Positions 1 to 8,569 of a stretch of 32,000 bases of DNA are shown here, one piece after another; within the stretch, counting starts at the first letter, position 1, and every line of letters begins with the position of its first letter. The position numbers and the translations under genes were made by a program. The stretch comes from Candidatus Saccharimonadota bacterium (lineage in GTDB: Bacteria > Pseudomonadota > Gammaproteobacteria > Enterobacterales > Enterobacteriaceae), in the NCBI RefSeq assembly GCF_004296535.1, contig NZ_AP018159.1, forward strand, positions 187,842 to 219,841, read 5' to 3'. The notes beneath the pieces were generated by a model, which was given only the letters and a program-made list of their open reading frames with translations, was not told the origin of the DNA and ran no database searches.

Positions 1-951
1 TCTATAAGTTTATTAAATAAATTATCTAACGATATGTATTGTAATAATATTAATGATAATAATACTTTTTTAATAAGTAAATTAAAAAATGGATATATGG
101 AAATTATACATGATAAATATGGAAGATTTAGTTATGGGAAAAATAATGGAGTTATGAGAGATGTATTTGATGTTCATAATGAAATACCTTTTTCTAATAA
201 TGAATATAATAGTTTTGATAATTTTATGTTTAATAGATCTAATAATGTAGTTTCTTACAAAAATGATAATTTATTTGAATTAGTAAACGGATTAAGTACA
301 AATATTCAATTTCAATTTAAAAATGATAGTACTATACATAGAAGAAATAGAAAAATAATTAAATACAGTAATGGAATAGGTTGTGGTTATTCTTTAACTT
401 ATAATATAAGTGATTTTACTGTATCAGCTGCTTTTACTCAATCTGAAAGAAATGTTGATCAAATGATGATAGATATTGATCAGTTAAAAAATAAATACGC
501 AAGTTCATATGGTGTAGCGTTTAAATATGATAATGACAATATATATATAGCTTCATTATATGCAAATAGTAAATTTATGATGCCTTATGGTAATATAAAT
601 AATCATTATATAAGACATTATATATTTGAAGAAGCTTCTATATTACGTAAATATTATTATTGTGGATTTGCTCCAACAGTTGATACAATAGAAATTATGG
701 CTAAATTAAAATTTATAAAAAACATTTACCCATATATATTATATATGAATATATTTTCAAAAAACATAAAAAATGATCTAGATCAATATTTAACAAAAAG
801 TTTAAATTTTGGAATTGATTATAAAATAAATGAAGATATTTCAATTATAGCAAACTTATGTATAAATTTTTTAAAAGAAAATTCATTTACTAAAAATGTG
901 GAAATAAATGTTGATAATACTTTTTCATTAGAAACAATATATAAATTTTAA
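1..951 (+). CDS. OmpF/OmpC-family general porin, 5'-truncated by the window edge
   Basis: The frame is open from base 1 with no in-frame stop before the ATG at 34, so the gene probably starts upstream. 'GVAFKYDNDNIYIASLYANSK' resembles E. coli OmpF 'GLKYDANNIYLAANYGETR'. The C-terminus '...FSLETIYKF' resembles OmpF '...VAVGIVYQF', a terminal-Phe beta-signal. Confidence 0.8.
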   Translation, partial: SISLLNKLSNDMYCNNINDNNTFLISKLKNGYMEIIHDKYGRFSYGKNNGVMRDVFDVHNEIPFSNNEYNSFDNFMFNRSNNVVSYKNDNLFELVNGLSTNIQFQFKNDSTIHRRNRKIIKYSNGIGCGYSLTYNISDFTVSAAFTQSERNVDQMMIDIDQLKNKYASSYGVAFKYDNDNIYIASLYANSKFMMPYGNINNHYIRHYIFEEASILRKYYYCGFAPTVDTIEIMAKLKFIKNIYPYILYMNIFSKNIKNDLDQYLTKSLNFGIDYKINEDISIIANLCINFLKENSFTKNVEINVDNTFSLETIYKF

Positions 952-955
952 AAAA

Positions 956-2044
956 ATGATTAGTAGTAATAATAGAAAAATATTAGTAGCTTGTATTTAT
1001 GGAGGTATTTCTTTAGAAAATGAAATATCTATTAAATCAGCTATTAATATAATAAATAATATTGATTTAAATAAATTTAATTTAATTTTAATAGGAATAA
1101 ATAAAAATGGAACTTTTCATTTAGAAGATTTTGATATAAATATAAATTATACATTTTATAATTTAAAACGTATTTTAAATAAAAAATCAAATATATTAAA
1201 AATAGTTTATAATAAGATTCCTTATATAACTTCAAATAATTTTAAAAATAAGAAAATAATACCAGATATTTTTTTTCCAATAACACATGGTATATTTGGA
1301 GAAGATGGAAATTTACAAGGAATCTTAAATTCACTAAAAATACCATATATAGGATCAAATTTAAAAAGTTCTTGTATATCTTCAAATAAAGATATATTTA
1401 AAGATGTATTAAAAAATAATAATTTTCCTATAATACCATATTTTAAAATATATAAGAATGATATAATCAATTTATCTTATAAAGGTATAGCAAAAAAAAT
1501 TAATTCAAAAAAATTTTTTGTAAAACCATCAAATCAAGGATCTTCTATAGGTATAAATTTAATAAAATCTGAAAAAGACTTTAATAAAGAAAAAATATTA
1601 AAAATTTTTAATTATTCAGATATCTTATTAATAGAACCATTAATAATTGGGAAAGAAATAGAATGTGGAATTATAAATTATTTTGGAAAAATAAAAGTAA
1701 GTAATTCTTTTGAAATATATAGAAAAAATAATTTTTATTCTTATAAACAAAAATATTTTGATAATAATATAAAAATTAAAGAAATAAAAGAAAATTCAAT
1801 TATAAATAAAAAAATAAAAAATTTATCTTATAAGATTTTTAATATATTAGAATGTAAAAGTTTAGCAAGAATAGATTTTATTATAAATAAAAATAATAAA
1901 ATTTTTATAAATGAAATAAATACAATTCCTGGATTTACAGAAAAAAGTTTATATATTAAAATGTGGAATAAATATATCTTAAATATAAAAGAATTAATTT
2001 CTATTATTATATATTCATCTATAAAAAAAATTAAAAATTTATAA
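956..2044 (+). CDS. ddlA: D-alanine--D-alanine ligase (DdlA-like long form)
   Basis: The N-terminus 'KILVACIYGGISLENEISIKSA...LIGINKNGTFHL' resembles E. coli DdlA 'RVGIVFGGKSAEHEVSLQSA...LLGIDKQGQWHV'. The ATP-grasp C-terminal 'ARIDFII...INEINTIPGFT' is present. At 362 aa it matches DdlA (~364 aa) rather than DdlB (~306 aa), and it is not in a dcw cluster. The paralogue assignment is less certain than the function. Confidence 0.85.
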   Translation: MISSNNRKILVACIYGGISLENEISIKSAINIINNIDLNKFNLILIGINKNGTFHLEDFDININYTFYNLKRILNKKSNILKIVYNKIPYITSNNFKNKKIIPDIFFPITHGIFGEDGNLQGILNSLKIPYIGSNLKSSCISSNKDIFKDVLKNNNFPIIPYFKIYKNDIINLSYKGIAKKINSKKFFVKPSNQGSSIGINLIKSEKDFNKEKILKIFNYSDILLIEPLIIGKEIECGIINYFGKIKVSNSFEIYRKNNFYSYKQKYFDNNIKIKEIKENSIINKKIKNLSYKIFNILECKSLARIDFIINKNNKIFINEINTIPGFTEKSLYIKMWNKYILNIKELISIIIYSSIKKIKNL

Positions 2045-3632
2045 TATTATTAAATATAATCTTATTATTATTAATATTTTTTATATTAAAATATCCAATT
2101 CTTTCAAATTGATAATAAATATTTTTGGAATAAATGTAATTACTTTTTTCTGTAAATCCTTTTTTTATTATAATAGAATTATTATTAATATAATCTAATA
2201 TATTTTTGTTTTTTAAATAATTAATATTTTTAAATATATAATCATAAAAGATATAATATGATATAAAATTATATTTACAAGATACCCAATGTATAATTTT
2301 ATTAACTTTATTATTTTTTAAATATAAATTATTAATAGTATTTTTATAATAAATACAATAAATTTTATTTATAATATCTTTCTTTATTTCTATATCTATT
2401 ATTTTTAATATATATGAATATCTTAATTTAAATATTTTACCTATTAAATTATTAAAATTTTCTTTATTTATAAAATCATTTTTTTCAACATATAACTCAT
2501 TACAAAAATTTATTAATTTATATCCATTTTTTAGATTATTAGGATTTAAAGGTGTTTTTATAAAAAAATTTTTTTTTAAATTAATTATATATAATTTGAT
2601 TGGATTAATAACTGACATAATTCTTATAGATTTAAAATTTAAATCATTTTTAATAAAAAATTCTAAATTTTTTATTTTTACTAAACTATTTTTTTTTGTT
2701 ATCCCTAAACTATTACAAAAATCTATTATAGATTTTGAAGTATAGCCTCTATTTTTTAATCCTGATATTGTTGGCATTCTTGGATCATCCCATCCTGTAA
2801 CTATATTTTTTTCTACTAAAATATTTAGTTTTCTTTTAGACAATGTTAAATATTCTATGTTTAATCTTGAAAATTCATATTGTTTAGGTTTATTTTTTAT
2901 ATCTAAAGAATCTAATATCCAATTATACAATATTTTATTATTTTGAAATTCTAATGTACATAAAGAATACGTAATTTCTTCTAAAAAATCACATATACAA
3001 TGAGAAAAATCATAAGTAGGATATATACACCAATTATATTTAGTTTTAAAATGTTTTTTATATTTTATTCTATATAAAATAGGATCTCTTATAATGATAT
3101 TAGAAGATTTCATATTTATTTTTGCTCTTAAACATGCATGATTTTCTTTATAAAATCCATTTTTCATTTTTAAAAAATAATCAATATTTTCTTTTACAGA
3201 TCTATTTCTATATGGACTGTCTATTCCTAAATTATTATAATTTCCTTTATATTTTTTATATATTGAGATAGGTAATTCATCTACATAAGCTAATTTTTTT
3301 TTTATTAAGATAATAGCAAATTTAAATATTTCATTAAAATAATTTGAAGTATATTTTTCAATTCCATTATATTTTATACCTAACCATTTAATATTATTTA
3401 TAATTTCATTTATATAAATATCATTTCTATTTATAGGATTAGTATCATCTATTCTAATATTAAAATTTCCATTATATTTTTTTGCTATTAAATAATTTAT
3501 TAATATAGATTTTACATGTCCTATGTGTAAATATCCATTTGGATCAGGAGCAAATCTAGTATTTATTTTAGTTAAATTATTTTTAATTATATCTTTTTCT
3601 ATTATATTAAGTATAAAATTTTTTGTATCCAT
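2031..3632 (-). CDS. glnS: Glutaminyl-tRNA synthetase
   Basis: '[22 protein letters not shown]' matches E. coli GlnRS '[22 protein letters not shown]' (HIGH motif). 'LSKRKL' is the KMSKS-type motif. It lies next to the Met-Leu-Gln tRNA cluster, as in E. coli. Confidence 0.95.
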   Translation of the reverse strand: [533 protein letters not shown]

Positions 3633-3713
3633 AATTGTTTTATATATATTTTTTTTATATTAAAATATAAATTATAATATAAAATTATATTATAATAAAA
3701 ATATAATAGTTAT

Positions 3714-3788
3714 AGCTACGTAGCTCAGTTTGGTAAGAGCGCAGCACTCATAACGCTGATGTCACAGGTTCAATTCCTGTCGTAGCTA
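3714..3788 (+). tRNA. metT: tRNA-Met (anticodon CAT), elongator type
   Basis: A 75-nt cloverleaf was folded by hand. It has acceptor agctacg/cgtagct, anticodon loop ctCATaa and T-loop ttcaatt. It is near-identical in its 5' half to E. coli elongator tRNA-Met (GGCUACGUAGCUCAG...). It lacks initiator features and does not resemble ileX. No 3' CCA is encoded. Confidence 0.9.
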
Positions 3789-3799
3789 TTTTGTTTTAT

Positions 3800-3882
3800 G
3801 CGGGGATGGCGAAATTAGGTAAACGCGCTAGGCTTAGAACCTAGTTCTTAATGAATTACGAGTTCGAATCTCGTTCTCCGCA
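3800..3882 (+). tRNA. leuW: tRNA-Leu (anticodon TAG), class II with long variable arm
   Basis: An 83-nt fold has acceptor gcgggga/tctccgc (one G-U), anticodon loop ctTAGaa, a 13-nt variable arm and T-arm acgag-ttcgaat-ctcgt. It follows tRNA-Met, as in the E. coli metT-leuW-gln operon. No CCA is encoded. Confidence 0.9.
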
Positions 3883-3899
3883 TTTTTTAAAAAAAATTT

Positions 3900-3971
3900 T
3901 GGGGTATAGCCAAGTGGTAAAGGCAACGGGTTTTGATCCCGTTATCCTAGGTTCGAATCCTAGTGCCCCAG
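3900..3971 (+). tRNA. glnU: tRNA-Gln (anticodon TTG)
   Basis: A 72-nt fold has acceptor tggggta/tgcccca with the U1-A72 pair typical of tRNA-Gln, anticodon loop ttTTGat and T-arm ctagg-ttcgaat-cctag. It closely resembles E. coli tRNA-Gln (UGGGGUAUCGCCAAGCGGUAAGGCA...). No CCA is encoded. Confidence 0.9.
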
Positions 3972-3999
3972 ATTTTTATAACTTTTAATTTTTTTTATT

Positions 4000-4809
4000 A
4001 TGAAAATTATTTCTTTTAATATAAATGGAATAAGATCAAATATTAAACAGTTAGAAAATATAATATATTTATATGATCCAGATATAATTGGATTGCAAGA
4101 AACAAAAATTAGTAATAATTTATTTCCAATAAAATATTTTAATAAATATGGATATAATAATATTTATTGCAATGGAAATAAAAATCATTTTGGAGTTGCT
4201 TTAATATCAAAAATAAAACCTAATAATATTTATTATAATTTTTTAAATTCAGATACTGATTTTAAATATAGAATAATTATAGGAGAGTTTTATATAAAAA
4301 ATAAATACTTATTAATAATAAATATTTATGTTCCACAAGGAGATAATATAAAAAATAAAATAAAATTTAATTATAAATTATCTTTTTTAAATAAATTTAT
4401 ACATTACGTAAAAAGTATAATAAATTGTAAAAATCTTTATATATTAATTATAGGAGATATGAATATTTTAAATAAAAAAATTGATATTGGAATAGAAAAT
4501 AAAATACTAGTAAAAATGATTAAAAATAAAATTTGTCCATTTACATTATTAGAAAAAAAAATTTTTATTAAAATATTAAATTGCGGACTTATAGATATAT
4601 ATAGAAATAAATATTTTAAATGCAAAAAATTTACATGGTTTAGTTTTAAAAATAATAATTTTATTGAAAATAAAGGATTAAGAATAGATTATATGTTTTC
4701 AAATAAAATATTATTCGATTTATGTGATTATATAGATATAAAATATGAAATAAAATTTTCAAAAAAAACATCAGATCATATACCAATATTATCAAAATTT
4801 TTAATATAA
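4000..4809 (+). CDS. xthA: Exodeoxyribonuclease III (AP endonuclease)
   Basis: 'MKIISFNINGIRSN...DIIGLQETKI' matches E. coli XthA 'MKFVSFNINGLRAR...DVIGLQETKV'. 'GDMNI', 'GLRIDY' and the C-terminal 'SDHIPI' are conserved. It is 269 aa, versus ~268 aa in E. coli. Confidence 0.93.
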   Translation: MKIISFNINGIRSNIKQLENIIYLYDPDIIGLQETKISNNLFPIKYFNKYGYNNIYCNGNKNHFGVALISKIKPNNIYYNFLNSDTDFKYRIIIGEFYIKNKYLLIINIYVPQGDNIKNKIKFNYKLSFLNKFIHYVKSIINCKNLYILIIGDMNILNKKIDIGIENKILVKMIKNKICPFTLLEKKIFIKILNCGLIDIYRNKYFKCKKFTWFSFKNNNFIENKGLRIDYMFSNKILFDLCDYIDIKYEIKFSKKTSDHIPILSKFLI

Positions 4810-4861
4810 TTACTTTTAAATAAATATATAAATAAAAAAAAATAAAAATAAAAAAATTTTT

Positions 4862-5629
4862 TTAAAAATAAATATTTTCATAAGATCTTAACGTTGTTAC
4901 TTCAAATCCTTTTTCAGTTATTACTATTGTATGTTCATACTGAGCGGATAAACTATTATCTTTTGTTTTAACAGTCCATCCATCTTTCATAATTTTAGTT
5001 TTATAAGATCCAGAATTAATCATAGGTTCTATAGTAATACACATTCCAGGTTCTAATATTATATTATCTTGAGTTAAAGAATCATAATGTAATACTTGTG
5101 GATATTCATGTAATTTTTTACCTATTCCATGTCCGCAATAATCTCTTACAACTGAAAATCCATTATATTCTACAAATTTTTGTATAGTTTTTCCTATTTC
5201 TCTTAATTTAATTCCAGGTTTTATAATTTTTATAGCTAAATATAAACTTTTTTTTGCTACATCACAAATTTTTCTTCCAATACTATTAGTTTTTTTTACT
5301 ATAAACATTTTTGATGTATCACTATAAAAACCATCTTTTTCTAAAGAAATATCTATATTTATAATATCGCCAATTTTAATTATTTTTTTGTAAGAAGGAA
5401 TTCCATGGCATACTACATTGTTTATAGATGTACATATATTTTTAGGATATCCCATATAATTAAATGTAGCTGATTTAGCATTATTATTTTTTATAAAATT
5501 ATTACACAATTCATCTATTTTACCAGTACTTATTCCAGGTTTTATATAATATTCTATATCTTCTAAAATTTTAGATGCTATTTTTCCAACTAATCTCATT
5601 TTACATAAATCTGTTTTTAAATTTATCAT
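4862..5629 (-). CDS. map: Methionine aminopeptidase (type I)
   Basis: 'VCHGIP', 'DIINIDIS', 'YCGHGIG', 'ITIEPM' and 'QYEHTIV' are the metal-ligand motifs of MetAP. It is divergent from rpsB, as in E. coli. Confidence 0.95.
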   Translation of the reverse strand: MINLKTDLCKMRLVGKIASKILEDIEYYIKPGISTGKIDELCNNFIKNNNAKSATFNYMGYPKNICTSINNVVCHGIPSYKKIIKIGDIINIDISLEKDGFYSDTSKMFIVKKTNSIGRKICDVAKKSLYLAIKIIKPGIKLREIGKTIQKFVEYNGFSVVRDYCGHGIGKKLHEYPQVLHYDSLTQDNIILEPGMCITIEPMINSGSYKTKIMKDGWTVKTKDNSLSAQYEHTIVITEKGFEVTTLRSYENIYF

Positions 5630-5724
5630 ATAAAAAAATAATTATTTTTTTAAAACTATTATTTTTATTATATAATAAAAATAATCTTTAAAATATTAAA
5701 ATAATAAAATACTGATTTATCATT

Positions 5725-6396
5725 ATGAAAAATAATATATCTATAGAAAATATGTTTAATAATTATGTTCATTATGGACATTCTATTAAAAATTGGAACC
5801 CTAAAATGAAAAAATATATATATGGAATTCATAATGGTATACATATTATAAATTTAGACAAAACTTTAGTATTATTTAATATAGCTTTAAAAAAAATAAA
5901 AAACATTATAAATAATAATGGAAAAATATTATTTGTTGGAACAAAAAAAGAAGCTAAAGAAAAGATTAAATATTACGCAGAATCTTGTAATCAATTTTTT
6001 ATAAATAATAGATGGTTAGGGGGAACTTTAACAAATTGGAAAACTATTAAAAAATCTATTAAAAAATACAAATTATTATATAATAACTATAAAAATTTAC
6101 AATTTAATAAATTTACTAAAAAAGAATCTATAATATATTTAAGAAATTTAAATAAATTAAAAAAAAATTTATATGGTATACAAAATATGAATAAATTACC
6201 AGATGCTATTTTTGTAATAGATGCTAATTATGAAAAAATTGCTATTAAAGAATCTATAAAAATGAATATACCTATTTTTTCTATAGTGGATACAGACTCT
6301 AATCCTGATTATATTGATTATATTATTCCTGGTAATGATGACTCTATTAAATCTATTGATTTTTATTTATCATCAATTTATAAAATATTAAAATAA
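5725..6396 (+). CDS. rpsB: 30S ribosomal protein S2
   Basis: 'VHYGHSIKNWNPKMKKYIYG', 'ILFVGTKKEA' and 'RWLGGTLTNWKT' are typical of S2. The rpsB-tsf order is conserved. Confidence 0.95.
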   Translation: MKNNISIENMFNNYVHYGHSIKNWNPKMKKYIYGIHNGIHIINLDKTLVLFNIALKKIKNIINNNGKILFVGTKKEAKEKIKYYAESCNQFFINNRWLGGTLTNWKTIKKSIKKYKLLYNNYKNLQFNKFTKKESIIYLRNLNKLKKNLYGIQNMNKLPDAIFVIDANYEKIAIKESIKMNIPIFSIVDTDSNPDYIDYIIPGNDDSIKSIDFYLSSIYKILK

Positions 6397-6400
6397 TTTT

Positions 6401-7198
6401 ATGTATTATAAAAATTTAAAAAAATTAAGAGAATTAACAAATATTAATATAATAGATTGTAAAAAAGCTTTAGATGAATCAAATAATGATATTAATACTG
6501 CTATTTTAATATTAAAAAAATATGAAAACAATTTTAATATTAAAAATAATAATTTATATAATAGTAGTTATAAATATGGAATTATAATATCAGAAGTTAA
6601 TGAAAATAATGATTATGGATTTATAATGAAATTATTAAGTAATAATGATCTTGTATTAAAAAATGATAATGTATTAAATTTTTATAAAAAAGTATCAAAC
6701 TTTTGTATATCTAATAAAATAAAAGATTTTGATATAATAAGAAATAATTTTAATTTAGAATATAAAAAATTGATATTTAAATTAAAAGAAAACTTAATAA
6801 TAAAAGATTTTAAATATTTAGAAGGTAATTTAATAAAAAATTATGTTCATATTAATAAAAGAGGTGTTATAGTTAATTTTAAAAGTTTTAATAATATTGA
6901 TAACAATTTTAATATTCTAAAATTTATATTAATGCAAATTATATTTAGTAATCCAATTTATATATATAAATCAGATATTAAAAAAAATGATATTAATAAT
7001 ATAAGAAATATTATTATTAATAAATATAAAGATAAAAAAATAAATGAAAATAATTTAATAGAAGAAAAAATAAATCATTTTTTAAAAGAAAAAATTTTAG
7101 AAGAACAGATATTTATAATGGATAATAATTTAAAAATGAAAGATTTATTTTATAAGTATGAAATTAAAATAGATAAATTTAAAATGTTAAATATATAA
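6401..7198 (+). CDS. tsf: Elongation factor Ts
   Basis: The N-terminal UBA-like segment 'LRELTNINIIDCKKALDESNNDINTAILILKK' resembles E. coli '[32 protein letters not shown]'. It lies directly after rpsB. The rest is highly diverged and N/K/I-rich. Confidence 0.85.
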   Translation: MYYKNLKKLRELTNINIIDCKKALDESNNDINTAILILKKYENNFNIKNNNLYNSSYKYGIIISEVNENNDYGFIMKLLSNNDLVLKNDNVLNFYKKVSNFCISNKIKDFDIIRNNFNLEYKKLIFKLKENLIIKDFKYLEGNLIKNYVHINKRGVIVNFKSFNNIDNNFNILKFILMQIIFSNPIYIYKSDIKKNDINNIRNIIINKYKDKKINENNLIEEKINHFLKEKILEEQIFIMDNNLKMKDLFYKYEIKIDKFKMLNI

Positions 7199-7215
7199 AA
7201 AAATTTTAAAATAAT

Positions 7216-7788
7216 ATGAATAATTTAGAAAAAATAATACAAGAATTAAATAGTATTATATATAAAAAAATTAATGATTTTAAGGATTTTGTTAATAAAA
7301 TACATATTGATAAAATGTCAACATGTTTAGTAAATAATATAAAAATAGATATTGATAATAATAAAACAAAAAAAAAAATATATGAAATATCTAATATAAA
7401 TTTATTAAATAATAATTCAATAGAAATTATTCCTAATGATAAAAAAAATCTAAAATATATATATATATCACTAAATAAAAATAATTATTTAGATTTTAAT
7501 ATATCGAAAAATAATAAAAGTATAATATTAACAACAAATTTTATAACTATAGAAAAAAAAAAAAAAATAATAAATTTTATAAATAAAGAATTAGAATTTG
7601 CAAAAATAAATATTAGAAATATAAGAAGAGATTTTAATAATAAAATAAAATATTTATTAAAAACAAATAAATTAAGTGAAGATAATAAAAATTTTTTATT
7701 AAAAAAAATAGATATAAATATAAATAATTTTATTTATGAATTAGATTTATTCTTTTTAAATAAAAAAAATAAATTTTTAAAAACATAA
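7216..7788 (+). CDS. frr: Ribosome recycling factor
   Basis: 'INIRNIRRDFNNKIKYLLKTNKLSEDNKNFLLKKID' resembles E. coli Frr '[36 protein letters not shown]'. It is 190 aa, versus ~185 aa in E. coli. Its position is syntenic. Confidence 0.85.
   Translation: MNNLEKIIQELNSIIYKKINDFKDFVNKIHIDKMSTCLVNNIKIDIDNNKTKKKIYEISNINLLNNNSIEIIPNDKKNLKYIYISLNKNNYLDFNISKNNKSIILTTNFITIEKKKKIINFINKELEFAKINIRNIRRDFNNKIKYLLKTNKLSEDNKNFLLKKIDININNFIYELDLFFLNKKNKFLKT
7553..7567. repeat. A15 homopolymer inside frr (encodes E-K-K-K-K-I)
   Basis: Counted directly as g + 15 A + t. The codons are gaa aaa aaa aaa aaa ata, in frame. A second A11 tract lies at 7368-7378 in the same gene. Confidence 0.9.
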
Positions 7789-7811
7789 AAAATTTATAAT
7801 TATTTAATATT

Positions 7812-8564
7812 ATGATGAATAGAAATTTGTATTTAAATAAATTAAAAAAAATAAAAAATATAATTAACCATGTAGCAATAATAGCTGATGGTAATGGAAG
7901 ATGGGCAAATATTAATGGTAAATCAAGATATTTTGGTCATAAAGAAGGTCTAAAATCTATTATGAAAATAATTAATATATCAATATATTATCATATAAAA
8001 GCATTAACATTATATGTTTTTAGTACAGAAAATTGGAAAAGACCAGAAACAGAAGTTAATTACTTAATGGATTTATTTAAAAAAACATTAAAAAAACAAA
8101 TATATAAACTTAATAATAAAAATATTAAATTAAATATAATAGGAGAAAAAATAGAATTTAATAAAGAATTAAGAACATATATATATGAATCAGAAAATAT
8201 TACTAAAAATAATACTGGTTTAATATTAAATATAGCAGCAAATTATGGAGGTAAATGGGATATAATTCAATGTATAAAAAAAATTTTTTATAAAATAAAA
8301 AATAAAAAAATATCTATAGAAGATATAAATGAATCTATAATAAATAAAAATATATCTACTTACAACTCTCCTCCTATAGATTTATTAATAAGAACAGGCG
8401 GTGAATTAAGAATAAGTAATTTTTTATTATGGCAAATAGCTTATTCTGAATTATATTTTACTAAAACTTTATGGCCTGATTTTGATAAATTTAATTTTGA
8501 AGAAGCTTTAATTTCTTTTTATAAAAGAACAAGAAAGTTTGGTAATTTAATTAATAAAGGATAA
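7812..8564 (+). CDS. uppS: Undecaprenyl-diphosphate synthase
   Basis: 'HVAIIADGNGRWA' matches the E. coli 'HVAIIMDGNGRWA' signature. 'FSTENWKRP', 'IRTGGELRISNFLLWQIAYSELYF' and 'WPDF' are present. Confidence 0.93.
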   Translation: MMNRNLYLNKLKKIKNIINHVAIIADGNGRWANINGKSRYFGHKEGLKSIMKIINISIYYHIKALTLYVFSTENWKRPETEVNYLMDLFKKTLKKQIYKLNNKNIKLNIIGEKIEFNKELRTYIYESENITKNNTGLILNIAANYGGKWDIIQCIKKIFYKIKNKKISIEDINESIINKNISTYNSPPIDLLIRTGGELRISNFLLWQIAYSELYFTKTLWPDFDKFNFEEALISFYKRTRKFGNLINKG

Positions 8565-8569
8565 AAATA

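Noticed and set aside
1222-1470. An antisense 82-aa ORF lies inside ddlA. Similar nested ORFs lie at 4437-4625 (in xthA), 10006-10293 (in bamA), 14701-15012 (in tsaB) and 16189-16500 (in der).
   Set aside because: Each lies wholly within, and antisense to, a gene with clear homology. Their products are I/L/F/K-rich low-complexity strings, as expected from reading A/T-rich codons backwards. None shows a recognisable motif.
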